From a virus (taxonomy: Duplodnaviria > Caudoviricetes), in IMG/VR virus record IMGVR_UViG_3300024272_000051, positions 32,001 through 96,000 of that record: DNA of 64,000 bases; one strand, 5' to 3'. Each line of letters starts with the position of its first letter. The stretch's first letter is position 1. The translations under genes and the position numbers were made by a program. The notes beneath the pieces were generated by a model. That model ran no database searches, was not told the origin of the DNA, and saw only the letters and a program-made list of their open reading frames with translations. This document shows positions 47,365 through 57,121 of the stretch, piece after piece.

Positions 47365-47838
47365 TCACTTATTAAGCTCCAACCGAATCAAATCGTTAAT
47401 TCTGGAGCTTGTATTAATCTCCTTTTGTGCGTTGCCAATTGCTGGCCGAGCAAAACCGCCGCGCCACAATCCCATATTTCCACTTTCCAATAGTTTTAGG
47501 AAAGCACCGGGATATCGATTATGAAAGCTCCAACCCTTTGCGATTGCAGGGGACGCGGTTACTCTGCTTGTGATTATAATTTCATCTCCGGAAATAAATT
47601 CATGATAGATGTTTCCTTTGCTGTCAAGCAAATGTCTGCGTCGATAGGTGGTGCGGCTTCCATTTTTTGTAACCCAACCATTCTCTTTTGGAGTGTATGC
47701 ACCATAAATATCGCTAACAATATGTTTAAGCACGATTTCTTTAGCAATCGGTGCAATCTTCTTATCTAATATTTGGATGCATTTTTGCTGAGCAGCATTA
47801 GTTAACTGCTCCCAATTTTCACAGTTCATGCTTGACAC
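47365..47838 (-). CDS. Putative tail-completion protein
   Basis: Y.P...Y.R...L and ARP motifs; position. Confidence 0.5.
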   Translation of the reverse strand: MSSMNCENWEQLTNAAQQKCIQILDKKIAPIAKEIVLKHIVSDIYGAYTPKENGWVTKNGSRTTYRRRHLLDSKGNIYHEFISGDEIIITSRVTASPAIAKGWSFHNRYPGAFLKLLESGNMGLWRGGFARPAIGNAQKEINTSSRINDLIRLELNK

Positions 47839-47856
47839 AAAAGACCCTCCCGTTAT

Positions 47857-48510
47857 TTACTTTTCTTCACCTGTAGGAAATGGAATTACATTAGTGTTGG
47901 TTGTGGGCGCATCTGAAGCCTGCGTAGTTTTTCCTTGCGCCTCAAACACAGCCTTAACCAACGCCTCTTCAGTCATATTTTTCATGCCACTCAATCCACG
48001 CATTACATTTCCGATTTCTTCTCCGGAAATGCCGTCAAACATATCGGTAAACTGCTTTGCCAAAACCTCAATGTTGTGAATTAGTTCGTTGGTTTTAATT
48101 GCTACGGTGCTTTCCAACATCTTTACAGTGTGGTCGATACGAGCATCAATTGCTTCTCTGATTTCATCAAGCTGAGAATGATTAATGTGCTCCATCACTT
48201 GTTCTAATGCCCGTGTTCCGTACAGTAGTGCATACTGTTTTTCAGCACTAGAAGGAAGATTAAAATTGGCATAAGTAGTTAAAATGGATGACTTAATAAC
48301 AAACTCTTTAATTTCAGGGGTATATGATCCAGCCATATCAACACAGGAAGAAACAACATCTTCTACGAACTGCATCATATCCTTTAAGGGAAGCGTTTTG
48401 CGAATTACAATGTCAACTCCATCAACTCCATCCATAGGGACAACAATGATATTGTCCTGTAAGGTGCTTTCAAGCTTGTTAATAGAAATGCGAACATCTT
48501 TCTTTGCCAT
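47857..48510 (-). CDS. Hypothetical protein (possible tail chaperone)
   Basis: RBS; between the major tail and tape measure genes. Confidence 0.55.
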   Translation of the reverse strand: MAKKDVRISINKLESTLQDNIIVVPMDGVDGVDIVIRKTLPLKDMMQFVEDVVSSCVDMAGSYTPEIKEFVIKSSILTTYANFNLPSSAEKQYALLYGTRALEQVMEHINHSQLDEIREAIDARIDHTVKMLESTVAIKTNELIHNIEVLAKQFTDMFDGISGEEIGNVMRGLSGMKNMTEEALVKAVFEAQGKTTQASDAPTTNTNVIPFPTGEEK

Positions 48511-48524
48511 AATTAAATTCTCCT

Positions 48525-49082
48525 TTATTTCTGTTTAGCCGACTTTTCGGCCTTCGTGTTTACGATCTCGACCATATTGGTAATATAGTGACCAATACAA
48601 ATTGCATCGGCCAGATTATCATTTTCTGTTTCAATACCAAACTGGTCTTTTACAAATTGAATAGATAGGACTTTAGATTCCTTCTTATTAGTTTCATTTA
48701 TAGAGAGCACCTGTGATTTGACCTCTTTTGAGTTTCGACCTCGTGCTCGACAAAAGTTTTGCCACTGCGTTGGGGCGATAAAACCATACAAGTATTCGTT
48801 CTTTTCAAAAAAATTTACGAGTACGCCCTGAAGCTGTGCCAGCCTCTTGAATGCCTGGACATTTGCCCGAAGGTTGATGTCCTCAACAAATACTGCGGAT
48901 ATGTCATATGCTTTCAATACAGTTGAGATTAACTCTTCAATGTGCATAATTGCCTTTGCATATGTATACTTTTTATTATCGAATGAAAATGTGCCATATC
49001 CGACCAGTTCTTTTTTTTCGTAATCAAATACAGACCAAGCGCCATTTCGTGCTTGGTCTATTGCTAAAATATTCAGACTCAA
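48525..49082 (-). CDS. RuvC-like Holliday junction resolvase
   Basis: ILAIDQA, VFVE, LAQLQG, PTQW, DNLADAI. Confidence 0.8.
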   Translation of the reverse strand: MSLNILAIDQARNGAWSVFDYEKKELVGYGTFSFDNKKYTYAKAIMHIEELISTVLKAYDISAVFVEDINLRANVQAFKRLAQLQGVLVNFFEKNEYLYGFIAPTQWQNFCRARGRNSKEVKSQVLSINETNKKESKVLSIQFVKDQFGIETENDNLADAICIGHYITNMVEIVNTKAEKSAKQK

Positions 49083-49093
49083 TCACCATCCGT

Positions 49094-49140
49094 AAAAAAA
49101 GAAAAGGGAGGGGAGAACTATAGTTTTTCTCCGCCTCCCC
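49094..49140 (-). terminator. Intrinsic terminator after the major-tail operon segment
   Basis: Minus strand ggggaggcggagaa...ttctcccctccc plus U-tract. Confidence 0.7.
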
Positions 49141-49178
49141 ATATTAATTTGAGATGATAATCTCCTTAGATAAAACGC

Positions 49179-49442
49179 CTATTCAGATACCTTAGTGGTA
49201 TTTTCTACAATGGCATCCTGTGCTACAGGAATATTCTTAGAAACAGTTGTCTTTGCCTTTTTCTTAGCCTTTGGTTCTTCAGATGTGCTTCTTGAAGCTA
49301 TTATTCTTTCAAGATAAACGGCGCCGCATTCTGGAGAACACGCCACCTCACGCCAGTTAAAGGTGCTGCTTCCGGTTCTGACGCTATTACATGCATCGTA
49401 AGTAGTTCCACATACTCGGCAAGTTTTTGTCTGCTTCGACAT
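49179..49442 (-). CDS. Small Zn-binding protein
   Basis: CRVC...CSPEC, basic tail. Confidence 0.7.
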   Translation of the reverse strand: MSKQTKTCRVCGTTYDACNSVRTGSSTFNWREVACSPECGAVYLERIIASRSTSEEPKAKKKAKTTVSKNIPVAQDAIVENTTKVSE

Positions 49443-49458
49443 CTAAATCACCTCTTAA

Positions 49459-50256
49459 TTACGCAGCATCCGTTGCATTTTCTCCAAAGATGGTATAAGT
49501 CCACAGAGCGCCGCTGGTGCCGCAAGCACCTGCCAGAGAACGAGCCTCGAAGGCGTGAACGCTCTGACTGTCGCCCATCTGGATGTCGAAATTGCCGTTA
49601 AAATCAGCCTTGGGAATATGGAACTGCACGCGATACACATTGCCACACTTGTCTTCGGCAAAGGCGTCGATATACAGAGCGACCTTCTCGGAATAATTGT
49701 CGGAGAGGTTTTCCAGAACATCCGCCTGAATCTTGCGGAAGTAGTACACTGCAATCTCGGTACCATCTGCAATTTTACCCTCTGCAAAGGTCAGCTTCTT
49801 GCTAGTTGCGTCATATGTAAAGGTGTCATCAGCTGCAGTAGCGTCCTGGGTCAGAATTTTACCCAGAGTACCATTAGCATTGCGCACATAGACAGCTTCA
49901 ATCTCATTGCCGGCAGTGCCAGTGGCCTTGTAAGTTGTGGTTGCAGAATTACCGGAAACGGTAATGTAGTCGGGATACATAACGGAAGTTGCTTTGTTTT
50001 CAAACTCCTTACCAACCTGAGTAGACAGCAGACCGCCAGAAATCAGGCCATTGTTGCCACTAACAGTAACAGCCTTATTGCGCTTCAGCGTATTCAGCAA
50101 ACGACCCTGCTTACCGGTAATATCAGTGGTTTCCTGAGTGTTTGCGATAGTTGCGTTCTGCAGCTCGTCGAGAACCCACTTAAATGCGCCAGTAACAATG
50201 TCAAACGCAGAAATGGTCTCAAGACTGGTAATGGTAATATCGTTAACATTAACCAT
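49459..50256 (-). CDS. Major tail (tube) protein
   Basis: Highly biased codon usage, Thr-rich, IPKA.F.GNF.I motif, position. Confidence 0.75.
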   Translation of the reverse strand: MVNVNDITITSLETISAFDIVTGAFKWVLDELQNATIANTQETTDITGKQGRLLNTLKRNKAVTVSGNNGLISGGLLSTQVGKEFENKATSVMYPDYITVSGNSATTTYKATGTAGNEIEAVYVRNANGTLGKILTQDATAADDTFTYDATSKKLTFAEGKIADGTEIAVYYFRKIQADVLENLSDNYSEKVALYIDAFAEDKCGNVYRVQFHIPKADFNGNFDIQMGDSQSVHAFEARSLAGACGTSGALWTYTIFGENATDAA

Positions 50257-50269
50257 TGTTTTCATCCTC

Positions 50270-50983
50270 CTATTTTGATGTTAGCCAGTTCAGTTGATCC
50301 TGACTTATTTCTTTCATATTGATCGTGCCCGCATAACAGCCAATCATGATATCGTCATAGTTAACTTTCTTGATGATTTGATAAACGCTGGCATTGAACT
50401 GATATATCGTAAGACTAAGAGTTTCTTCGTATCCATACTTGTAATGCTCTGTGTTTACCATCGCAACAATTAAATCCTCTAACTGAGATACCCATGGTTT
50501 TCTTGAAGCTCTGAGTTGCTTAATTTTTGCGCGCTCAATCATGTATTTTTTGGCCTCTTCGTTGGCCGGTTTTCGATCATTTTTTTCAAGGTGGTTGATC
50601 TTTCGTATCACCCTGCAAATCTGGTCGTGAATTGCTCTGTCGATTGTAATATCATTGTCTTCATCCCTCAGAACAATTGTTCCGTTTTGAGTGTTGACGG
50701 CAACCTTAAATTTTGAGAGATCGAGGTCGCCAAACACAAGGTGAGTGTCGACAGATTTCAATCCATCAAACAACATTACAAACATGTCAAACGCAGAAAT
50801 TTTAGAAAAATCGATTTTGGCTTCATCAAGTTGTACCATGAAATCAGATGGCGTTGCTGTTACGGCCATTATTAAGTTGTAATATGCGCGCTCATCTTCT
50901 AAAATTTCCCCGACAGTTGGGATAGCAATAGAGATTTTATCGTTTACAGGGTAGTCGCGAGCATAAAGATATCCTTTAGCCAC
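50270..50983 (-). CDS. Virion morphogenesis protein
   Basis: I.IPTVGEI and LTIYQF motifs; position. Confidence 0.55.
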   Translation of the reverse strand: MAKGYLYARDYPVNDKISIAIPTVGEILEDERAYYNLIMAVTATPSDFMVQLDEAKIDFSKISAFDMFVMLFDGLKSVDTHLVFGDLDLSKFKVAVNTQNGTIVLRDEDNDITIDRAIHDQICRVIRKINHLEKNDRKPANEEAKKYMIERAKIKQLRASRKPWVSQLEDLIVAMVNTEHYKYGYEETLSLTIYQFNASVYQIIKKVNYDDIMIGCYAGTINMKEISQDQLNWLTSK

Positions 50984-51476
50984 GCTGCTTCCTGTTTGCC
51001 GGAGGCTTCTTGGTTGAATTTAGACGATTAAAGTCCTTGGCATAATAAGTCAGAACTCTTCCTTGATAGTCTGTAATTGGAGAAAACCTACTCACTGAGT
51101 ACAGATCCAGTTCACCTAAACCAAAATATCTGCTCCCGTTTAATTCTTTATTAATCTCAACTGCAATTTGATCTGTTCGAATGCCACCTTCACTCAAACG
51201 CATCTTGCTTTTATGTGTGAAAATCCACACATACAGAACAGGGACATAATATGTCTTGTCCACAACTTCTGCGATATCAACATCAAAGCAAATAAAAGTT
51301 GTGCCGTCATCCACTGTTTCCGGCACAAATTCAAAGGGGTAAATCTGGGTGTATGCAAGATTGTAATTTGGAACAGGCGCTTTTTTGCTGTCTGTAACCA
51401 ACCGAACAATTTCAGAATTACAACAAAGCATCTTCATTAGTTCGTTTTTATAATCAAAGAATTCATCGAGAAACAT
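50976..51476 (-). CDS. Putative tail terminator/neck protein
   Basis: IYPF.FVP, RTD.I...LNG..FGLG; position. Confidence 0.6.
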   Translation of the reverse strand: MFLDEFFDYKNELMKMLCCNSEIVRLVTDSKKAPVPNYNLAYTQIYPFEFVPETVDDGTTFICFDVDIAEVVDKTYYVPVLYVWIFTHKSKMRLSEGGIRTDQIAVEINKELNGSRYFGLGELDLYSVSRFSPITDYQGRVLTYYAKDFNRLNSTKKPPANRKQRG

Positions 51477-51478
51477 TA

Positions 51479-52294
51479 TTACAACCACACCTTTCTGTTA
51501 TCAATCGTTGTGGACATGTTTTCTTGACGTTCCTTTGCATCAGAAACGATTTGTTCCAATGAGGCGTTTGTCTGATTGTCTGGAATATGTTTGTCTGTTT
51601 TTGGCGCCCAATTGTAGTAGTCCGCAATACGAAGCTCCACATTGTCATCGTCAGTTACATTAACCTCATTTAAAATAAATCGGAAAACGCCTTTCCCGTT
51701 ATAGACATTGTAAAGCTTGTTAGGCTTTGTAATTTGATAAGCCAGAACTTCCGCTGAATCCATATCGTCAATCAAAAAACGCCGACCACGATTGAGCTTG
51801 CAAGTGTCTTCATCTTTACCAATTGTGACAGCAATTCTGGCATCGCCGATTGCCATCATATCGCTTTGTTTTTCACCAATTAGATACTTAGTACCATCCT
51901 CTACAACAGACCAGCGACAAACCAAATTACCATTGTCATCAATCCATTTGAGATAGTAGTTACATCTACGCATTTTACCCTCGGTATATAATTCTTTATG
52001 GGCATTCACTTCTGTAATAAGCCAAGTGGAATCTGCCCACAATACCAATGCCCCGTGTGGAAGCTCCTCTCCAGGGAGCGAAAAAATCTTTTTTGTATTA
52101 AAGTCGTCTGCTACATCAGTGATTGCAACTTCTTGATCCTTGTTTGCTATCGAAACTCTTTTATATGACAATGAAGAAACGAGTTTGCGGAGCAATCGAC
52201 TTTGAGTGTGATTATATGTAGAATCTCTTTGAGGATCATTTTCTGAAGATCCGGACACTCCGAGTCTTGCTTCATAAGTGCTCCAACCACACAT
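51479..52294 (-). CDS. Putative head-closure protein
   Basis: WLI..G.M..CN..LKW; position. Confidence 0.55.
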   Translation of the reverse strand: MCGWSTYEARLGVSGSSENDPQRDSTYNHTQSRLLRKLVSSLSYKRVSIANKDQEVAITDVADDFNTKKIFSLPGEELPHGALVLWADSTWLITEVNAHKELYTEGKMRRCNYYLKWIDDNGNLVCRWSVVEDGTKYLIGEKQSDMMAIGDARIAVTIGKDEDTCKLNRGRRFLIDDMDSAEVLAYQITKPNKLYNVYNGKGVFRFILNEVNVTDDDNVELRIADYYNWAPKTDKHIPDNQTNASLEQIVSDAKERQENMSTTIDNRKVWL

Positions 52295-52299
52295 ATGGA

Positions 52300-52629
52300 T
52301 CACACTCCTTTTCCACAATATTTCATTTGCAGTTTTTTACAGATAGAAATTGCCTTAAACACCTCTCGCTTTACGATTGGAGTATCACAGTCGGTTTCAA
52401 TTAAATACTGTAGAATAGAAAGTAGGCTCATATACATAGAATCATTATTGAGATCGACCATCAACCCTTTGCATCCAAGGAGTTCTGCCTGCAGGCTGCA
52501 CATAAATTCTTTCAAAGAGGGTTCTCCACTCTCTTTGATAGGAAGAATTTTAAAAAATTGATTTACAAGCCCAGATAAATAGTTGCCAACCATTTCTGTT
52601 GGAATATCATAGTTGTTTACTGTCTTCAT
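52300..52629 (-). CDS. Hypothetical head-tail protein
   Basis: FKILP..E; operon position. Confidence 0.6.
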   Translation of the reverse strand: MKTVNNYDIPTEMVGNYLSGLVNQFFKILPIKESGEPSLKEFMCSLQAELLGCKGLMVDLNNDSMYMSLLSILQYLIETDCDTPIVKREVFKAISICKKLQMKYCGKGV

Positions 52630-53072
52630 AAGGATAAATCACCCAGGTCTCCGTGATTATAGGAATAATCCTTAATCATGTTTTTAAAATCTCTCTTTGC
52701 TGCGGTATACGCATTTGTAATGCGATACAACAGCTCAGCAGGGGAGTACTGGGAAAAATCAGCCGTATTGAGCACATTTTCCAGATTGTCAGCGCGATAG
52801 AAATATGGCTTCATCCACTGAACAAGCATACCTTCTGAGACAATATCTACAATTTCATCTATTTCATCCTCTGGAATTGTAGCTATTAGTTCGCGCAGAA
52901 CATCGTCACCATTTATAAGATCATACTTACATATGCGGTTAAACTGAGCGCAAGCTCTTTTCATATATCCGTCAACAGTACTATTCCGATCATAGTCATC
53001 AAATCTAAGAAAATCATACTCAGTTACCTTATCGAGAAAGGCGTCTCTGAACAAATTGTAAGAGATGCTCAT
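52626..53072 (-). CDS. Putative head-tail adaptor
   Basis: FL.KV..; M...W..; DF..SPA..L. Confidence 0.6.
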   Translation of the reverse strand: MSISYNLFRDAFLDKVTEYDFLRFDDYDRNSTVDGYMKRACAQFNRICKYDLINGDDVLRELIATIPEDEIDEIVDIVSEGMLVQWMKPYFYRADNLENVLNTADFSQYSPAELLYRITNAYTAAKRDFKNMIKDYSYNHGDLGDLSL

Positions 53073-53084
53073 AACACACCTCCA

Positions 53085-53657
53085 TTAATGTTCAATCAAT
53101 TCCACAGATAGACTTTTTTCCAGAGCAGCAATCACCTTGATGGAATCAATAGTCCCATCTGCGATGAGCTGTCTTGCACGAAATGCAACCGACTTTTTCT
53201 GGCCGTCAGACAATCCATTAACTGTCTTTTCGATTTCTGCCGGGCTCTTTTCGAACAACTTATCAAAAGAAGCGGAATTCAAAGCATATTTGTAGTACTG
53301 CCCCATCCCAAGCCATTCAACAATTGCTGGATCATCAAACAAGAACCAGTTATTTACAAAGAATGTCTTATAAGAATTCTTTGCTGCTTTTAGTTCAGAC
53401 AGTTCAATTTCCTGTTCATCGCCGAAATCTTCCCAGACAAAACGCTCTCCAGTTTTCTTACTCTTATAAACAAGCGTTCCGTTGAAGCCGTTCTTTACTG
53501 TTACATACATGCTTGGGTCGAGAGACTCCTTTACCTTGTATGATTTCTTTTTATCTGAAACGGTTTCGACTGTCTGTTCAACAGCTTCGATTTCAGATGC
53601 TTCTGATGCGCCAAAAGTTGCTGCAGTCTTTCGTGCTTTAGTACTTGTAGTAGCCAT
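53085..53657 (-). CDS. Hypothetical protein downstream of the capsid gene
   Basis: W..FGD.Q..EL; position. Confidence 0.65.
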   Translation of the reverse strand: MATTSTKARKTAATFGASEASEIEAVEQTVETVSDKKKSYKVKESLDPSMYVTVKNGFNGTLVYKSKKTGERFVWEDFGDEQEIELSELKAAKNSYKTFFVNNWFLFDDPAIVEWLGMGQYYKYALNSASFDKLFEKSPAEIEKTVNGLSDGQKKSVAFRARQLIADGTIDSIKVIAALEKSLSVELIEH

Positions 53658-53724
53658 AATATATAGTCCTTTCATTCATAGTAAGTGGCAGCCCCACAAC
53701 GGAGCTGCCACAAAAAATATTTAG

Positions 53725-54738
53725 TTACGCAATTTCGTAACGACCGATGCCCGCATTGCCGCCGGCCAGAACGATGCCCATGCCGTACTTTTCGCCATAC
53801 AGGTATTCCTGAGTGAAGTCACGGTTCTGAGTGGGGTCGCCAAGCAGGACGGTGGACTGACCTTCATAGACAACCTTGATAGGCTTGTCATCGCCAGCGA
53901 TAACAGTCAGTACATTGTCGGGGAAGATAAACTCAACAGAGTTTACCTTATGACGCTGAGGAGTCACAACAACAGGAGTTCCATAGAACTTGCCGTAGTA
54001 GCCCATGTTGTGCAGTTCGTCCTTAGCACCATCGGACTGAATGGATTCCTTCAGGTTGCGAATTGCCTTCTTGGTACCAATAATGGTGGCAGGCTTGCCG
54101 CCGGCAGCAGCTTCGACATGAGCGATCAGGTCAAGCAGTGTATCTTCATCGTATGCACCAGCCGCAGGGAAGTAAGTAGCACCACCAAAGTCATCGGCAG
54201 TTGCAGTGCTCCACAGAGCATAAGCATCGTCCAGCAGCTTCTTGCGGAAGGACTCTGCGACCTTGTTAATGAAGTAGTTAAAGTCAACTTGACCGGACAG
54301 AACACGGTTCAGCTCCTCATAGATACGCACAACCTTGAAGGAAGTGGGAATAGAGGTTTCGCTGACGCCGCCCAGTCTCTGACGACGGATGCCCTGAGTA
54401 CCATCAGCAGCATCGGAGACCACAAACAGATCGCAGTCCTCGACTTTAAAGATATTCTTGTCGCCAAGAGCGATGTTACGGAAGTCAATCAGAGCGTTAA
54501 AGTATTCGTCGCCCTGGAAACCTTCGACGATGGTCCGAGTCAGAATCTCTTCGACTAGAGTAAACAGACCGGCGCACTTACCGTCGCGGATATCTTTGTA
54601 ATTTAGAGTAGTGGAGCCGTTATTTGCAGCCACCAGTGCCTGGCGCAGTGTGTCCATAGACTCACTGACACTATACTTGGTAGGAGTGCCATGATAAGCA
54701 TCAATAGCAACTCTGACAATTTCATTCATATCAGCCAT
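53725..54738 (-). CDS. Major capsid protein
   Basis: 337 aa, strongly biased codons, follows decoration and scaffold genes; hairpin downstream (53684-53710). Confidence 0.85.
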   Translation of the reverse strand: MADMNEIVRVAIDAYHGTPTKYSVSESMDTLRQALVAANNGSTTLNYKDIRDGKCAGLFTLVEEILTRTIVEGFQGDEYFNALIDFRNIALGDKNIFKVEDCDLFVVSDAADGTQGIRRQRLGGVSETSIPTSFKVVRIYEELNRVLSGQVDFNYFINKVAESFRKKLLDDAYALWSTATADDFGGATYFPAAGAYDEDTLLDLIAHVEAAAGGKPATIIGTKKAIRNLKESIQSDGAKDELHNMGYYGKFYGTPVVVTPQRHKVNSVEFIFPDNVLTVIAGDDKPIKVVYEGQSTVLLGDPTQNRDFTQEYLYGEKYGMGIVLAGGNAGIGRYEIA

Positions 54739-54768
54739 TGTAATTTTCCTCCTTTATCAGATTTTTAC

Positions 54769-55266
54769 TTAAGCTTCAGTGTTGCCAACCTTGACAACAT
54801 AGTAGGTATAGCGACCTGCGGGTTCGACTGCCATAATGGTGCCAAGACCGGTACCAGCAGCGTCAATCTTGCCACCTTCACCGATACCAACTTTTGCGTT
54901 CTTATCGGCAACTACGCCACCAACAAAGCCTTCCTTGGTGACGGAATACATATTGCGGCTGCGAGGAATATAACCACGGCAGATAGAACCTGGTTCGTTA
55001 ATAAACTCGTCCAGATTCTTTTTGCGCTCATCGTACATAACCTCAACGGTGCCAATGATGGCACAATCAGACAGCTTGCTAGAAGCGGTTGCCAGAACGG
55101 CCTTCATCACTTCGCGCTCGCCCTCTTCGTAGCCTTGCAGCTCAACGATGGTGCCGTTTTCAACGGCGATTGCATTGCCTTCAGCGTCATAAACGCGGCA
55201 AGAAACCAGATCAGCAGCCACATCGGTGCCACTGAGCAGGTCAGATCTAAACACGGTATAAGCCAT
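54769..55266 (-). CDS. Head decoration/cement protein
   Basis: VENG motif; between scaffold and capsid; high-expression codon bias. Confidence 0.65.
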   Translation of the reverse strand: MAYTVFRSDLLSGTDVAADLVSCRVYDAEGNAIAVENGTIVELQGYEEGEREVMKAVLATASSKLSDCAIIGTVEVMYDERKKNLDEFINEPGSICRGYIPRSRNMYSVTKEGFVGGVVADKNAKVGIGEGGKIDAAGTGLGTIMAVEPAGRYTYYVVKVGNTEA

Positions 55267-55286
55267 AACTTTATCCTCCTTAAAAA

Positions 55287-56861
55287 TTATCGGTTGGGCG
55301 GAAATTCAACGAACAATCCGCCGTAAGGCTCGCCTGCGAGCTTGTTCTTTTCAACAGGTAGGCGAGGTGACTTCTGCTTCTGAGCAGAGAAAGTGTGTGC
55401 TGTATTGCGTCCACGAATTGCGAAGCACTTGTCCTCAAGCTCCTCAATAGAAAGCTCAGAACAATTACTCTTCAAATCCTCAAAAGCTTCAATGCCATTC
55501 AGGTCTGTAAACATAGCAAAAACTGCGTCCTCATCAGCAGTACGCTTGTTGTCAAGCTGTTCCTGCTTATACTGGCGCAGTTCTTCAAGTTCTGTGTTCA
55601 TATTATTAATTGTGTCGGAGGCGGCATTGTATTTTTCCTCCAACTCGGTTTTTGCGGCTTCAAATTCAGCATTAAGTTCTGAAGCCTTAGCAGATACGGA
55701 AGCTTCTACAACAACATCAAACATTGCTTTATAAGACTGCTCGGTGTCGCCCTCATCGAAGTCTACGATGGAGAACTTTTTGCGCTTCTTAGACTCAAAG
55801 TCAATCACAACGTTGTCGCCATTCATAGAGTAATGGAAACCATACAGCTTCCAGTCTTCCAGATCATAGCAGAATACTTCCATAGCATCGGAGTCATAGT
55901 CGCAATACATATAACGACACATTTCGCCCCATTCGGTTTTCACCTTTTCTGCACACAGTGCGCCAAGCAATTCGTCTCTAAACTGCTCGCCGGACAGTGC
56001 AAACTGATCATTAGTGTCCTTGCTGGGGTCGTCCCCAACAGGCTCATCAGGATGATTGTTATTGAAACGTGTATTTAATTCGGCCTCAAGGTCTTCCACA
56101 GACATTGCTTCAATATCAAAATCAAGCTGATCTACACTTAGACCAAACTTGGTAAGCAACTCCATCTTCTGTTCCAAGTGCTCTTCTCCTCCTTCCATCA
56201 GAATTTGTGGGTGTATGTCAACCTCAAGTGAGGCATTGACCTTTTTAAAATTGTTTTTGAACTCTTCCATCATTTCTGCATATCTTTCCTTGAAAGTATC
56301 CAGGCCAAACATGGCGAGACTGGCGGATTCATAACAGGGTTCTGCGGCTTCAAGTAGGCAGAAAGCCAGAAACTCAAATGAGTCAATAACATAGATACCG
56401 TCTTCCATGCGACCACTTTTTACGCGGATCTCCATAGACTCATCGGTTATTACATTGTTTTTGATTTTTTCATAGGCTTCTTGGCGTTTCCAAATGAGGG
56501 CTTCAATGCATAAATACTCATGTGTGCCACTATCATCTTCGAAGTATTCCCACCAGTATTTAGCGCTTTCGGGAATTACGCCGACTGGTTGAGTAATATT
56601 AACGATTCTCGCAGAGCCATCTTTCATTACAACTTCAACGTCATGGCTACCAATCTCGTCGCGCTCTCGGTTGTAGTTGCAAACAATTGGGCAGTTATAG
56701 ATCGTACTCATACTTCGCTCAAAAGCATCTTTGGAGATGCTTGAACCATTTCGGTTGTTTCCAACATAAGCGACTTTAAGCACTCCTGCATCAAATGAAC
56801 TATTAACCTCGCACAGTTGCTCGACAGAAGAGCTGTATGTAATTTTCATATGTTCGTGCAA
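55287..56861 (-). CDS. Prohead protease-scaffold fusion
   Basis: NRNGS, GSH, ESMEI, CLL..PCYE protease domain; acidic coiled-coil C-terminus. Confidence 0.78.
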   Translation of the reverse strand: MHEHMKITYSSSVEQLCEVNSSFDAGVLKVAYVGNNRNGSSISKDAFERSMSTIYNCPIVCNYNRERDEIGSHDVEVVMKDGSARIVNITQPVGVIPESAKYWWEYFEDDSGTHEYLCIEALIWKRQEAYEKIKNNVITDESMEIRVKSGRMEDGIYVIDSFEFLAFCLLEAAEPCYESASLAMFGLDTFKERYAEMMEEFKNNFKKVNASLEVDIHPQILMEGGEEHLEQKMELLTKFGLSVDQLDFDIEAMSVEDLEAELNTRFNNNHPDEPVGDDPSKDTNDQFALSGEQFRDELLGALCAEKVKTEWGEMCRYMYCDYDSDAMEVFCYDLEDWKLYGFHYSMNGDNVVIDFESKKRKKFSIVDFDEGDTEQSYKAMFDVVVEASVSAKASELNAEFEAAKTELEEKYNAASDTINNMNTELEELRQYKQEQLDNKRTADEDAVFAMFTDLNGIEAFEDLKSNCSELSIEELEDKCFAIRGRNTAHTFSAQKQKSPRLPVEKNKLAGEPYGGLFVEFPPNR

Positions 56862-56914
56862 TTACATCACCGCCTCTTCGAAAATATAGTTAGAGGTGGG
56901 ATGTAATTCCCACC

Positions 56915-57106
56915 TCAGAATGTAAGCGTATCTGACAAAATAAATGAAATCCCAGCATTGGAGATCTCATCTTCGGACGCAAATGTAGCCACATCTTTGT
57001 TTTCAAATACCCACATGTGGTTACGCACATCCTCCTTGATCAACGAATATCCCATCGCGACCAGCTTGTCTTTGTCTTCTTCCTTCATTACATAAATGAA
57101 ACGCAT
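56915..57106 (-). CDS. Small hypothetical protein
   Basis: AAGGAGG RBS; 63 aa. Confidence 0.7.
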   Translation of the reverse strand: MRFIYVMKEEDKDKLVAMGYSLIKEDVRNHMWVFENKDVATFASEDEISNAGISFILSDTLTF

Positions 57107-57121
57107 AATTGTTTCCTCCTT

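Noticed and set aside
47857-49459. Programmed tail-chaperone frameshift
   Set aside because: No convincing slippery site linking adjacent ORFs was identified by eye
53950-55326. Long + strand ORFs opposite the capsid and decoration genes (also 49555-50322)
   Set aside because: Shadow ORFs from strong codon bias of highly expressed genes; no RBS or motifs
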